From Pyrinomonadaceae bacterium (GTDB lineage: Bacteria > Acidobacteriota > Blastocatellia > Pyrinomonadales > Pyrinomonadaceae): 64,000 bases of DNA. The notes below the pieces were generated by a model that worked only from the letters and a program-made list of their open reading frames with translations, ran no database searches and was not told the DNA's origin. Every line of letters starts with the position of its first letter. The first letter of the stretch is position 1. Positions 27,603-37,417 of this stretch are shown here, piece by piece. Both the position numbers and the translations under genes were made by a program. The DNA is taken from contig JBGTEX010000034.1 of NCBI GenBank assembly GCA_041747575.1, positions 1,560 through 65,559 on the forward strand, written 5' to 3'.

Positions 27603-28427
27603 TCAAAAAAACCTGTAATCCGTCCACACGCCCATCGAGAGCATTCGTACATAGACATCCGAAAATCCGACGACAAACAGGCTGATCCAGGCATACAGCA
27701 TGTGGCGTTTGTTCAAACCGCTGACACATCCGTAAGCGGCTTTTCTTACCGGCTTGTTCGACAGGACGTCCCATGCCCCGCCAACCAAATGCCGGAGGCT
27801 ATGGCAGCTAAAGGTGTAAAGCCCGAGACAAACTACGTTTGCCGTCAAAACCAACGTGCCTACACCGACACCGAAACGCTCTGTGCCGTCGGCACCGAGA
27901 AACCACATTGCGTTCCACGCGTCATAGGCCAGAAAAAAAAGGAACGCTATTGCCAGATATAGAAAATAGCGATGCACGTTTTGCAGGATCAGCGGAAATT
28001 TTCGCTCGCCGCGGTAGTTATGACGCGGCTCCCCGACGGCGCATGCGGGCGGGTCAGCCCACATTGATTTGTAATATGCTCCGCGATAGTAATAGCAGGT
28101 GAAGCGAAATCCGCCGGGTGCCCAAAGGATCAAAAGCGCAGGCGAAAACGGAAGCCACGACGGGATCCAACTCGGTGGCGGGCCAAAAACCGAATGGCTC
28201 GAATTGCCAAATATTTCCGGAGAATAAAACGGCGACAAATAATTGCCAAAACTGTAATGATCGCCCTGAAAAGCAGCCCATGTCGAATACACGACGAACG
28301 CTCCAAGTCCTATAAACGTAAGGACCGGTGCGATCCACCAGCCATCTTTCCGCATTGTCTGGCCAAACCCGCGCCGTGTGATAGAAACCAAATTTGATGC
28401 CATAAAAACCAGTAGGCCAAACGCCAA
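27603..28427 (-). CDS. sdhC: succinate dehydrogenase membrane anchor / cytochrome b-type subunit (~270-aa polytopic type)
   Basis: 274-aa polytopic membrane ORF directly upstream of sdhA. The anchor-flavoprotein-FeS order resembles actinobacterial Sdh1-type operons (from memory). The assignment rests mainly on context. Confidence 0.55.
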   Translation of the reverse strand: MAFGLLVFMASNLVSITRRGFGQTMRKDGWWIAPVLTFIGLGAFVVYSTWAAFQGDHYSFGNYLSPFYSPEIFGNSSHSVFGPPPSWIPSWLPFSPALLILWAPGGFRFTCYYYRGAYYKSMWADPPACAVGEPRHNYRGERKFPLILQNVHRYFLYLAIAFLFFLAYDAWNAMWFLGADGTERFGVGVGTLVLTANVVCLGLYTFSCHSLRHLVGGAWDVLSNKPVRKAAYGCVSGLNKRHMLYAWISLFVVGFSDVYVRMLSMGVWTDYRFF

Positions 28428-28773
28428 CTTGTCGAGAATTTATCTGATTAACACACCTTAAGTTTTACGTGAAATCGCTTGTTAAGTCAAACAAACAGAA
28501 TTGCTGATTACCTTTTAATTTTAGAGAATAAGCACGGGGCGGAACTCTTGCGGCTTCCGCGATGCGGTGGGTAATTTCTTCGGCCTTTTCGCTAAATATC
28601 GCATCGACGCCGAGTTTGCTGCGAAGGAATCGTGTCATAATCTATCTTGCCGTAAAATAACGACCGTTACTTCAACGCACTATTCCCAGATTTTACGCGG
28701 TTTAGGCTTTTAGCGTAGGTTTTTAAACTAACTCATTCACGCTTTCCGGAGTGCATACAGTAAAATTGACGAC

Positions 28774-29730
28774 GTGAATAAAAGCATATTAGTAACCGGC
28801 GGTGCCGGGTTTATCGGGTCGCATCTTATCGACCGGCTTCTTGGCGAGGGCGTCTGGGATATTACGGTCGTTGATGATTTTAATGATTTTTATCCGCCTG
28901 AGGTAAAGCGCGCGAATATTGCCAGGCATTTTGCGAATCCGCAATTTCGGCTTATCGAGGCTGATATTCGCGATACGGAAAAACTGGCGTCGATCTTTAA
29001 TGAAACCCGATTTAATGTAATCGTCCATCTCGCCGCCCGGGCCGGTGTCCGTCCGTCGCTTTCGGAGCCGAAGCTCTATGCCGAAACAAATATTAACGGC
29101 ACGCTAAACCTGCTTGAGCTTGCCAGAGAACACGGTGTAAAGCAGTTCGTTTTTGGATCTTCGTCTAGTGTTTACGGTATAAATAATAAGATTCCGTTTG
29201 CTGAACGCGACCGCATTCATCAACCGATCTCGCCGTACGCCGCGACCAAAGCGGCCGGCGAATTGCTCTGTCATGCTTACTCGCATCTTTACGACATCCG
29301 CACTGTCTGCCTGCGGTTTTTTACGGTTTACGGCGCACGTCAGAGACCCGATCTTGCCATACATAAGTTTTCAAAGCTGATCTCGGAAGGTAAATCCATA
29401 CAGGTATTTGGCGATGGCTCTTCACGACGCGACTACACGTACATAGACGATATTATTCAGGGCGTTCGGGCGGCGATCGACTATGACTCTACGATGCACG
29501 AAGTATTCAACCTCGGCGAATCGCAGACCGTCACACTCTCAGAATTAATAAGCCTGATCGAAAAAAGCCTCGACATCCGTGCCGTCATAGACCGACGGGA
29601 AATGCAGCCCGGCGACGTGCCGGCAACCTTTGCAGATATTACAAAATCGCGCGAGCTGCTGGGCTACAACCCAAAAACCAAAATACAAGACGGGATACCC
29701 AAGTTTGTTGAGTGGTTTCGGGCCATGTAG
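28774..29730 (+). CDS. NAD-dependent epimerase/dehydratase (UDP-glucuronate/UDP-sugar 4-epimerase-like)
   Basis: 318 aa with a GTG start. [12 protein letters not shown] Rossmann motif and YAATKAAGE (YxxxK). Confidence 0.85.
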   Translation: MNKSILVTGGAGFIGSHLIDRLLGEGVWDITVVDDFNDFYPPEVKRANIARHFANPQFRLIEADIRDTEKLASIFNETRFNVIVHLAARAGVRPSLSEPKLYAETNINGTLNLLELAREHGVKQFVFGSSSSVYGINNKIPFAERDRIHQPISPYAATKAAGELLCHAYSHLYDIRTVCLRFFTVYGARQRPDLAIHKFSKLISEGKSIQVFGDGSSRRDYTYIDDIIQGVRAAIDYDSTMHEVFNLGESQTVTLSELISLIEKSLDIRAVIDRREMQPGDVPATFADITKSRELLGYNPKTKIQDGIPKFVEWFRAM

Positions 29731-29877
29731 GCACGCTTAATAACATAAAATAAAACACTTTTGATAAAGTGGTTGTATATTTTTGCCAACAAAACCCGTC
29801 GCGCGTTTACACGGCGCGGCATTATACTGTTATCATTTGGCTGACACGGCATTATTTAAATTTTCGGAGGCATATCT

Positions 29878-32121
29878 ATGCTTGGTAAAACCATCTCGCA
29901 CTATCACATAACGTCACAACTCGGCGAAGGCGGCATGGGAGTTGTGTATGAGGCGGAAGACACAAATCTGGGACGCAGCGTCGCCCTAAAATTCCTGACG
30001 CCGGCGATGGCCGGTGACGATAATCTTTTGCAGCGTTTCCAGCGCGAAGCGCGGGCGGCCTCTTCGCTTAATCATCCGAACATCTGTACCATTCACGGAT
30101 TTGAGCAGCACGATTCGGACCACTTCATTGTTATGGAGCTTCTGGACGGCGAACCGCTTGCCGACCGGATACGCACCGGGCCGCTTGATATTAATACGCT
30201 TTTGTCGCTCGGCGTCCAGATAGTGGACGCTCTCGAATCGGCGCATTCAAAAGGGATCGTCCATCGCGATCTAAAACCTGCAAACATTTTTGTGACTTCG
30301 CGCGGACAGGCAAAGATACTCGATTTCGGGCTGGCCAAGATCGACCGCCAGAAACCGGATGCGGCCTCAAATGTACCGACGGCAATTGCCGACGGCCTGA
30401 CCTCGGCCGGTGCAACGATGGGCACAATTGCCTATATGTCGCCCGAACAGGCTCGCGGCGAGATAACTGATACGCGTACCGATCTTTTTTCCTTTGGCAC
30501 GGTGTTGTATCAAATGGCAACCGGCGTTATGCCGTTTCAGGGTGAGACGTCGGCCGTGGTGTTCGACTCAATTTTAAACAAAAACCCGAAGTCGATTGTC
30601 GAACATAAATTTTCGCTGCCGCCGGAGCTCGACCGGATAATAGCGCAGGCACTCGAAAAAGATCGCGACCTGAGGTATCAGAACGCAGCCGATCTAAAAA
30701 CGGCGCTCAAGAGATTAAAACGCGACCTGACCTCTGGCCGGCATTCGGGCGAATCGAGCGGGATCCACAGCACGCGTGCTCCGCAAGCCGTGCACGAACA
30801 TTCGATCGCCGTTCTTTACTTCGAGAATTTGAGCGGAATGAAAGAGGACGAATACCTCCGCGACGGAATTACAGAGGACATCACGACAGAGCTCTCAAAG
30901 ATCAAACGGCTAAAGACATTTTCTCGGGCTATGGTGCTCAGCTATCGCGACAAACCGGTAACGGCGGGACAAGTCGGAAAAGAGCTGGGGGTGTCGTACG
31001 TGTTGACCGGCAGCTTGCGCCGTGCCGGTGTTCGTCTTCGGATCAACGCGCAGCTCATTGATGCGGCTACCGATTTCCCTCTGTGGTCGGAAAGATACGA
31101 CCGCGAAATGGAAGACGTTTTCGCCGTGCAGGACGAGATAGCGTCAAAGATCGCCGAAGCCCTGCGCATCACTTTGTCACCGCAGGAGCAGGAAGCTCTC
31201 AAGGCCAAGCCGACCGAAAATCTGCACGCTTACGACCTTTACCTGCGCGGCAGGAATTTTGCCCGCCGCGTTGGTCGGCATGATATGCAGTTTGCATTGC
31301 AGATGTATGAGAACGCAGTTGCGCTCGATCCGACTTTTGCCGTAGCCCATGCGGCTATAGCGAACGTGTGCGCCCAGTTCTATTACTACTTTGAGCGAAA
31401 GCAGGACTGGATCGACCGGGTTAACAGCGCAACCCAAAAGGCAATAGCTACGGGCCGCCGCGACGAGCCTGAGATCGGTTGTGCCGAGGCTTGGCTTGAT
31501 TTTGCGCAGGGTCATTATGATTCGGCCGTCGATAAGATACGTGCGGCCCTGAGTCGTGATCCTGATATAGACGGCGGCTATCATTTGCTCGGCCGGGCCC
31601 TTTTCGAAGGGGGCCGGTATCAAGAGGTCGTTGACATAATGGAGGACGCACTTGCTCACGCGGGTGAAAACTATAATACAACCGTCCCGATACACAACGC
31701 TCTGGGCGCCCTCGGCAAGAAAGAGGCCCTGAACAATTACACTTACCGCGAAATCGCGATCTTTGAAAGTCAGCTAAAGAAAACCCCTGAAGATGCTCGG
31801 GTGCGCGTTCTGCTCGCCGGGAACTATGCCGAACAGGGACGGTTTGAAGACGCCAAACGAGAAGTTGATCTCGCCATGGCTCTCAGGCCGGATGACACAA
31901 TGATCCTTTACAACATCGCCTGCACTCTTTGCTCGATGAATAATCCGAAAGATGCTATGATAGCCCTCAAAAAGGCTTGGGATGCGGGTTATAGAAATCC
32001 GGTTTGGACCCGACAGGACCCGGATCTCGCTGTACTGATCGGCGACCCCGAATTCGAACGGCTTTATCCTGACGGAACGCAGCTGCAACCCGATCAGGCT
32101 ATCTTTGTAGATAGCAAGTGA
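29878..32121 (+). CDS. serine/threonine protein kinase with C-terminal TPR repeats
   Basis: 747 aa. GEGGMGVVY, HRDLKPANI, DFGLAK and YMSPEQ, followed by TPR-like helical repeats. Confidence 0.9.
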   Translation: MLGKTISHYHITSQLGEGGMGVVYEAEDTNLGRSVALKFLTPAMAGDDNLLQRFQREARAASSLNHPNICTIHGFEQHDSDHFIVMELLDGEPLADRIRTGPLDINTLLSLGVQIVDALESAHSKGIVHRDLKPANIFVTSRGQAKILDFGLAKIDRQKPDAASNVPTAIADGLTSAGATMGTIAYMSPEQARGEITDTRTDLFSFGTVLYQMATGVMPFQGETSAVVFDSILNKNPKSIVEHKFSLPPELDRIIAQALEKDRDLRYQNAADLKTALKRLKRDLTSGRHSGESSGIHSTRAPQAVHEHSIAVLYFENLSGMKEDEYLRDGITEDITTELSKIKRLKTFSRAMVLSYRDKPVTAGQVGKELGVSYVLTGSLRRAGVRLRINAQLIDAATDFPLWSERYDREMEDVFAVQDEIASKIAEALRITLSPQEQEALKAKPTENLHAYDLYLRGRNFARRVGRHDMQFALQMYENAVALDPTFAVAHAAIANVCAQFYYYFERKQDWIDRVNSATQKAIATGRRDEPEIGCAEAWLDFAQGHYDSAVDKIRAALSRDPDIDGGYHLLGRALFEGGRYQEVVDIMEDALAHAGENYNTTVPIHNALGALGKKEALNNYTYREIAIFESQLKKTPEDARVRVLLAGNYAEQGRFEDAKREVDLAMALRPDDTMILYNIACTLCSMNNPKDAMIALKKAWDAGYRNPVWTRQDPDLAVLIGDPEFERLYPDGTQLQPDQAIFVDSK

Positions 32122-32159
32122 TCGAGGCCCGCAGGATGAGATTTAGCGTGATCGGGCAA

Positions 32160-32582
32160 TTAAGCAGGGCATACGATATGGGCATGGCGAACAGCCAGCT
32201 GCCATTTGCCGTTTCGTTTCATCCACATATTTGTATAACGGCGTTTGACGACCTTGCCTCCGTCAGCAATTGTTAGGGTCTCGTGCCCGATAACGACCAC
32301 CATATCCTTATAAAAAAGAAATTCCTCAGGTTCGCGGACAAACGATTCGTAATTGATCGTTCCGTTTCGAATCAGTTCAAAGATGCCTTCACGTTCTTTG
32401 ACGATCTTATTCGTAGGGTGATTTGTGACCGCCGCTGTGTCTTTTTTTAGTATCGCCTCGGCGTGGACAAGATCGAGCTTTCTGATCTGTTCTTTCAGTT
32501 TGTCATTTGTTTTTGTCATCTGCGCCGCTGTCAAAATCGCAGAAGCGAGCAGAATAAATACAAAAAACACGCATTTTCTCAT
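32160..32582 (-). CDS. DUF4440/SnoaL-like (NTF2 fold) secreted protein
   Basis: This is the C-terminal 140 aa of the 352-aa track ORF, starting MRKCVFFVFILLASAILTAAQ (ATG at 32582). ...RRYTNMWMKRNGKWQLAVRHAH is typical of DUF4440. Confidence 0.65.
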   Translation of the reverse strand: MRKCVFFVFILLASAILTAAQMTKTNDKLKEQIRKLDLVHAEAILKKDTAAVTNHPTNKIVKEREGIFELIRNGTINYESFVREPEEFLFYKDMVVVIGHETLTIADGGKVVKRRYTNMWMKRNGKWQLAVRHAHIVCPA

Positions 32583-32652
32583 TGCTGTTCTCCTTTTTAC
32601 GTCAACGTCGTGGGTTTTACATATAATAGACGTTTCAACGGAGAAAAAGAAA

Positions 32653-33078
32653 ATGAACAAAACCGGGAAATCTGAACAAACAAACAAAGCCGTACCGACG
32701 GCGCTCCGATACTGGTTCGTGTTGCATTTCGCGGTCGATATGATCGTCGCCGTCCCTTTGTTTTTTGCCCCTAACGAAGTGCTTGGGCTGTTTGGCTGGA
32801 TAGAGATCGATCCGTTCGCCGCCCGTTTGACCGCCGCCGCCCTCTTCGGCATCGGCCTCGAATCGCTCCTCGGCCGCAACGCGAAACGCGAATCATTCAA
32901 CGGAATGCTCCAATTAAAAATAATCTGGTCCGCCTTCGCCACCATCGGCCTGGCCTGGTCAACCCTCGAAGGCAACCTAAAATACCCAATAATCGGCTGG
33001 CTCCTAACCGGAGTCTTCGCCGCGTTCAATGCACTGTGGTGGTATTGCCTCCTACGGCTTAGGAGCGACCGAACTTGA
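32653..33078 (+). CDS. hypothetical membrane protein
   Basis: Internal ATG at 32653 of track ORF 32425..33078, following GGAG. MNKTGKSEQTNKAVPTALRYWFVLHFAVDMIVAVPLFF..., with about 4 hydrophobic helices. Confidence 0.5.
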   Translation: MNKTGKSEQTNKAVPTALRYWFVLHFAVDMIVAVPLFFAPNEVLGLFGWIEIDPFAARLTAAALFGIGLESLLGRNAKRESFNGMLQLKIIWSAFATIGLAWSTLEGNLKYPIIGWLLTGVFAAFNALWWYCLLRLRSDRT

Positions 33079-33304
33079 ACCCCGTGCCGCTGTCTTGCAC
33101 CCCATGAGGCGTTAAGGATTTGCTGAAACGGATGGATAAGCGTGAATAAATTCAAAAGTCTTTTTTTCAATTTTATAGTAACTTGAATGCAAGCAGTAAG
33201 TGCAACTCTTGAATTCAAGTAATTTCCGATTTCAGATGACTTGAAAATATAAAACTCGAATTTTATATGCAGTTACGAAAGTAAACCTGCCTTATGAGCA
33301 AAGT

Positions 33305-33636
33305 TCTGAAATTTGAAATTTGAAATTTGAAATCTGAAATTTGAAAATTCGAATCTGCAATCTGAAATCTGAAATTCAAAATCTGAAATCTTAAATCTGA
33401 AATTAGAAATCTTAAATTTGAAATTTGAAATCTGAAATTCGAATCTGCAATCTGAAATTCGAAATCTGAAATCTGAAATCTGAAATCTTAGATCTCAAAT
33501 CTCAAATCTCAAATCTCAAATCTGAAATCTGAACTCTGAACTCTGAAATCTGGAATCTTAAATCTTAAATTCAAAATCTGCAATCTGAAATCTGCAATCT
33601 GAAAATCTGAAATCTGAAATCTGAAATTCGAAATTA
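33305..33636. repeat. heptanucleotide tandem array, consensus GAAATCT (~47 units, degenerate)
   Basis: Read directly from the sequence. Units are GAAATCT, GAAATTT, GCAATCT, TAAATCT and CAAATCT (the last within a CTCAAAT run). The 7-nt period is out of codon phase, so track ORF 33509..33715 is an artefact. Confidence 0.9.
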
Positions 33637-33680
33637 TTGAACAGTAGAAAAAGAAATTAACAGTAGAAAAAAGGGACCAA

Positions 33681-33742
33681 TTAGTGAAGATCAATACAAA
33701 TTTAGTGAAGATCAATACAAATTAGTGAATATGAATACAAAT
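33681..33742. repeat. three tandem 20-21-bp iteron-like repeats TTAGTGAAGATCAATACAAAT
   Basis: Copies at 33681..33701 and 33702..33721 are identical apart from 1 nt of length. The third, at 33722..33742 (TTAGTGAATATGAATACAAAT), has 2 substitutions. They are preceded by a duplicated AACAGTAGAAAAA (33640 and 33659). Confidence 0.8.
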
Positions 33743-33876
33743 TTCAGAACAAATCGCTGAACTAAACTTAATTGAATTCAAAGTTATGATATGAGGCCGC
33801 TGACGCTGGGCGGATTCTGACTTTTTTGCAAAATAATATACACTCACACCGGATTTATTTTTCTCTTTAAATTTTT

Positions 33877-35442
33877 ATGCTATTTCTTTCGCAGTCGGCG
33901 ACCGTTTATGGGATTGATGCGTTGATCGTCGATATTGAGGTCAATTTGCAGCCGATACCAAACGAGGCTGACATAATACCGCCATTTACGATTGTCGGGC
34001 TGCCGGATACGGCGATTCGCGAATCGAAGGAGCGCGTCCGGGCGGCGATCACAAACAGCAAATATTTTTTTCCGTTTCACAAGACGACGATAAATCTGGC
34101 CCCGGCGGATGTACGAAAAGAGGGCGCGGCGTTTGATCTGCCGATCGCTCTTGGGATACTCGGTGCGGCCGGTGATCTGGGGATCGACGATGCGGGCGCT
34201 ACGCTGAGCGTCGGCGAATTATCGCTCGACGGGCGTGTGCGGCCCGTCCGCGGTGCGTTGTCGATAGCGCTAAAGGCACGCGAGATCGGGATAAAAAATG
34301 TTCTACTGCCCGAAGAAAATGCGACCGAGGCGGCGGTTGTAAACGACATTAACATCTTTCCGGTCAAGGATTTGCGGACGGCGGCGGAGCTCGTCTGCGA
34401 TCTGAAAACGGGTAACGCTACGCGCGTTCCGCCGCTCAGGCTCGATATTTCGGAGCTAAAATCGAGAGAGAATAAATACCGCGTCGATTTTAACGAGGTG
34501 CGCGGCCAGCGGACCGCCAAGCGGGCGCTCGAGGTGGCGAGCGCCGGCGGGCATAACATCCTGTTTATCGGGCCGCCGGGTTCGGGAAAGACGATGCTCG
34601 CCAAGCGTCTGCCGACGATCCTGCCGCCGCTCGAATTTGAAGAGGCCATCGACATAACAAAAATCCATTCGGTCGCCGGGCTGACCGGCAAGACCGGGTT
34701 GATCGTCGAACGCCCATTTAAATCGCCGCACCATACAGTATCGCAGGCGGGCTTGATCGGCGGAGGTTCGATGCCAAAACCGGGCGAGGTTTCGCTCGCA
34801 CATCTCGGCGTTTTGTTTCTGGATGAGCTGCCCGAATTTGACCGCAGCGTGCTCGAAGTCCTGCGGCAGCCGATGGAGGACAAGACGGTCACCATCTCAA
34901 GGGCGGCGACTTCGCTCACGTTTCCGTCAAATTTTACGCTTGTCGCGTCGATGAACCCGTGTCCGTGCGGATATTTTGGCAGCCAGCGCGAATGCAAATG
35001 CTCGCCGATGCAGATACAGCGGTATGTGGGCAAAATTTCGGGGCCGCTCATGGATCGGATCGACATCCACATCGATGTGCCGGCCGTAAAATTTAAGGAG
35101 CTGCGCGGGCGCGGCGTTGAAGAAAGTGACAGTTCGGAAACTATCCGCGAACGCGTTATAAGAGCACGCGCGATACAGATCGCTCGGCTGGGCGGCGAAG
35201 GCGTGTTTTCAAATTCTGCAATGTCGTCAAAAAATATCCGCGAATTCTGCGGCCTTGACGCCGAGAGCGAAGACCTGCTCGAAAAAGCGATGCAGCGCCA
35301 GGGCCTGTCGGCCCGCGCCCACGACCGCATTTTAAAGGTTTCGCGGACCATCGCCGATATGGCCGCCAGCCGCGATATTCAGCCATCCCACATCAGCGAA
35401 GCCATAAATTACCGCTCGCTCGACCGTAATTACTGGGCGTGA
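33877..35442 (+). CDS. comM: YifB/ComM family Mg-chelatase-like AAA+ ATPase
   Basis: 521 aa. Lon-like N-terminal domain, then [24 protein letters not shown] and a C-terminal ChlI-type region. Confidence 0.9.
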   Translation: MLFLSQSATVYGIDALIVDIEVNLQPIPNEADIIPPFTIVGLPDTAIRESKERVRAAITNSKYFFPFHKTTINLAPADVRKEGAAFDLPIALGILGAAGDLGIDDAGATLSVGELSLDGRVRPVRGALSIALKAREIGIKNVLLPEENATEAAVVNDINIFPVKDLRTAAELVCDLKTGNATRVPPLRLDISELKSRENKYRVDFNEVRGQRTAKRALEVASAGGHNILFIGPPGSGKTMLAKRLPTILPPLEFEEAIDITKIHSVAGLTGKTGLIVERPFKSPHHTVSQAGLIGGGSMPKPGEVSLAHLGVLFLDELPEFDRSVLEVLRQPMEDKTVTISRAATSLTFPSNFTLVASMNPCPCGYFGSQRECKCSPMQIQRYVGKISGPLMDRIDIHIDVPAVKFKELRGRGVEESDSSETIRERVIRARAIQIARLGGEGVFSNSAMSSKNIREFCGLDAESEDLLEKAMQRQGLSARAHDRILKVSRTIADMAASRDIQPSHISEAINYRSLDRNYWA

Positions 35443-35689
35443 CGGCAACCGGCGGAAAGTCCGCTTTATTTCATCGTGCCCGATCTTTAACCGGCTCCGC
35501 AGGAGCTAAATATTTATAGGGGCAAGCGCCAGAAAATCATAAAGCCTCTTCAAGAACGACGGTAACTCGTTTAGATTCAACAATATGCCGTTCCTACGGA
35601 GATGCCATCCATCGTTCGGATCAATGCTGCAAACATAAGGCTCCGATGGAGCTTTTGCGTCGCGGAGAAATTCTTGTAAAATCGTGAGC

Positions 35690-37417
35690 ATGAAAATCGT
35701 TGATAAGATTGGTTTTGCATTCGCTTTGGCGGCTCTTTTTCTGACTGTGTTTCCGGTTCAGAGTCCGGTGTTTTCCCTTGACTTTCGGTCCGGAGCACAG
35801 ACGCCACGACCACGAACCCTTGAAAAAAATACGCCGACCCCGACGCCGGTTCCGTCCGCCACGCCGACCCCGGTTCCGTCCGCCACGCCGACCCCGGTGC
35901 CGGCCGTCACGCCGACGCAGGTTCCGTCCTTCACGCCGACACCTGTTCCGGTTCAGACGCTTGACGAATTGCGTTCAAAAATTCGGCAGCGGTTGTTTGC
36001 ACCCGAAGTTCGACGCGGGCGGGTCGGGATAAAGATCGTTTCGCTAAATTCGGGAAAGGTCGTTTTTGAGACCGATTCCGAAAAATACTTTATGCCGGCG
36101 TCGAATATGAAAAATTTTACGGTCGCAGCCGCGCTCGAACGGCTCGGCCCCGATTTTCGGTTTGTAACCGGTGTTTATGCCGATGCGCTGCCCGATTCGA
36201 CGGGTACGATAAAGGGCGATCTTCGAATTTTTGGCCGCGGCGACATTTCGATATCGACCGCTTTTTTTGGGACCTCGCCAACCGATCCTGAAACTTATTT
36301 CAAGGGCGTCGACCGGTTAGCCGAACGAATAATTGCGGCCGGGGTCAAACGAATCGACGGCAGCATAGTCGGCGACGAAAGTTATTTTAAGGGCTTTGCG
36401 ATTCCCGGTACGTGGGAATGGGACGACCTGCAATTCTATTACGGAGCCGAGATTTCGGCCTTGCCGATAAATGACAACGCGGTCGATATCGCCGTCTCGC
36501 CGGCCGGTCTGGGCGAGCCTTGCGTGGCCGGCATTTCGCCGGCAAATACGATCATCCGCGTCATAAATCTATGTACGACAACCGGTGCGTCGATTGCCCG
36601 GAATCTGAGCGTCGTAAAACAAATAGACAGGAATGTCGTTGAAATTTCTGGCACAATTCCGGTCGGCGGTTTAGCATTTAAAGGTACGGTGGCGGTCACA
36701 CGTCCGTCTGCTCTATTTGTCGCCCTTTTGAAACAGCGTTTGGAACAAAAAGGCGTGGCCATCACCGGCGGTTCGCGTGTGCTACCCGCAAATATAAAAG
36801 CCGAAGCGTCACAGATCGAAATTACAAAGCTCGAATCGCCGCCCCTCTCCCTGATTGCCGCCAAAACGATGAAACCGAGCCAGAATATGTACACCGAAAC
36901 GCTTCTCTGGACACTCGGCGAATACGCCCGCGCACGGCTTGACGTACCAACCGTCGGTCCGGATATGAGAGCAGTTCCGGACAGTTCACAACTGGGTATA
37001 AGCGAGGTGAAATATTTTCTGTCAAAGATCGGCGTACCCGAGGACGGTATAATCCAGTATGACGGCAGCGGCCTCTCGCGTCACGACCTGGTCACACCGG
37101 CGGCGGTGGTGACGCTCTACACCTATATGGCCACGCTCAGCCCGTATAAACAGGCCTGGCGTGACAGCCTTACTATCGGAGGTGTGGATGGCACATTAGC
37201 AAGAAGATTTACGGGAACGGCCGCCGCCGGCAATTTTCGCGGCAAAACGGGAACGATAGATCAGGTCTCGGCACTTTCCGGTTATATGACGACCGCCGCC
37301 GGCGAACAGCTTGTCGTCTCGATCCTGATAAACGGTGTCGCCCAGACCCGTACACGCGTCTCGCTCGCCGACGATATCGTCATCGCACTTGCAAATTTTA
37401 ACGGAAAGATCGATTAG
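35690..37417 (+). CDS. dacB: D-alanyl-D-alanine carboxypeptidase/endopeptidase (PBP4, peptidase S13)
   Basis: Track ORF 35684..37417 starts at GTG; ATG at 35690. Signal peptide, Pro/Thr-rich linker, SxxK motif PASNMKNFT and GKTGTI (KTG). Confidence 0.85.
   Translation: MKIVDKIGFAFALAALFLTVFPVQSPVFSLDFRSGAQTPRPRTLEKNTPTPTPVPSATPTPVPSATPTPVPAVTPTQVPSFTPTPVPVQTLDELRSKIRQRLFAPEVRRGRVGIKIVSLNSGKVVFETDSEKYFMPASNMKNFTVAAALERLGPDFRFVTGVYADALPDSTGTIKGDLRIFGRGDISISTAFFGTSPTDPETYFKGVDRLAERIIAAGVKRIDGSIVGDESYFKGFAIPGTWEWDDLQFYYGAEISALPINDNAVDIAVSPAGLGEPCVAGISPANTIIRVINLCTTTGASIARNLSVVKQIDRNVVEISGTIPVGGLAFKGTVAVTRPSALFVALLKQRLEQKGVAITGGSRVLPANIKAEASQIEITKLESPPLSLIAAKTMKPSQNMYTETLLWTLGEYARARLDVPTVGPDMRAVPDSSQLGISEVKYFLSKIGVPEDGIIQYDGSGLSRHDLVTPAAVVTLYTYMATLSPYKQAWRDSLTIGGVDGTLARRFTGTAAAGNFRGKTGTIDQVSALSGYMTTAAGEQLVVSILINGVAQTRTRVSLADDIVIALANFNGKID
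35831..35956 (+). repeat. five tandem ~24-bp coding repeats (TPTPVPSA-type linker) inside dacB
   Basis: ACGCCGACCCCGGTTCCGTCCGCC and variants, repeated head to tail. They encode TPTPTPVPSATPTPVPSATPTPVPAVTPTQVPSFTPTPVP. Confidence 0.8.

Noticed and set aside
28520-28638. 39-codon minus-strand ORF MTRFLRSKLGVDAIFSEKAEEITHRIAEAARV... in the sdh-epimerase intergenic region
   Set aside because: It is too short, has no recognisable family and no clear RBS, so it cannot be supported from sequence alone.
32160-33218. 352-aa minus-strand ORF taken as one gene
   Set aside because: Only the C-terminal 140 aa (from MRKCVFFVF...) look like a real DUF4440 protein with its own signal peptide. The N-terminal 210 aa run antisense through a better plus-strand membrane-protein ORF (32653..33078) and read like noise.
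33509-33715. 68-aa ORF (…ISNFRFQISDFQIADFRLQ…)
   Set aside because: It is a translation of the 7-nt tandem array. The periodic peptide is an artefact of the repeat.
34077-35351. 424-aa ORF antisense to comM
   Set aside because: It lies fully inside, and opposite to, the strongly conserved comM reading frame. Its product is Ser/Arg/Pro-rich and low in complexity, which is typical of a spurious antisense ORF in G+C-rich coding DNA.
35449-35465. RNase P CR-I-like GGCGGAAAGTCCGC
   Set aside because: Only the GGAAAGTCC core matches. It is not followed by GGGC, and none of the other conserved RNase P blocks is nearby.
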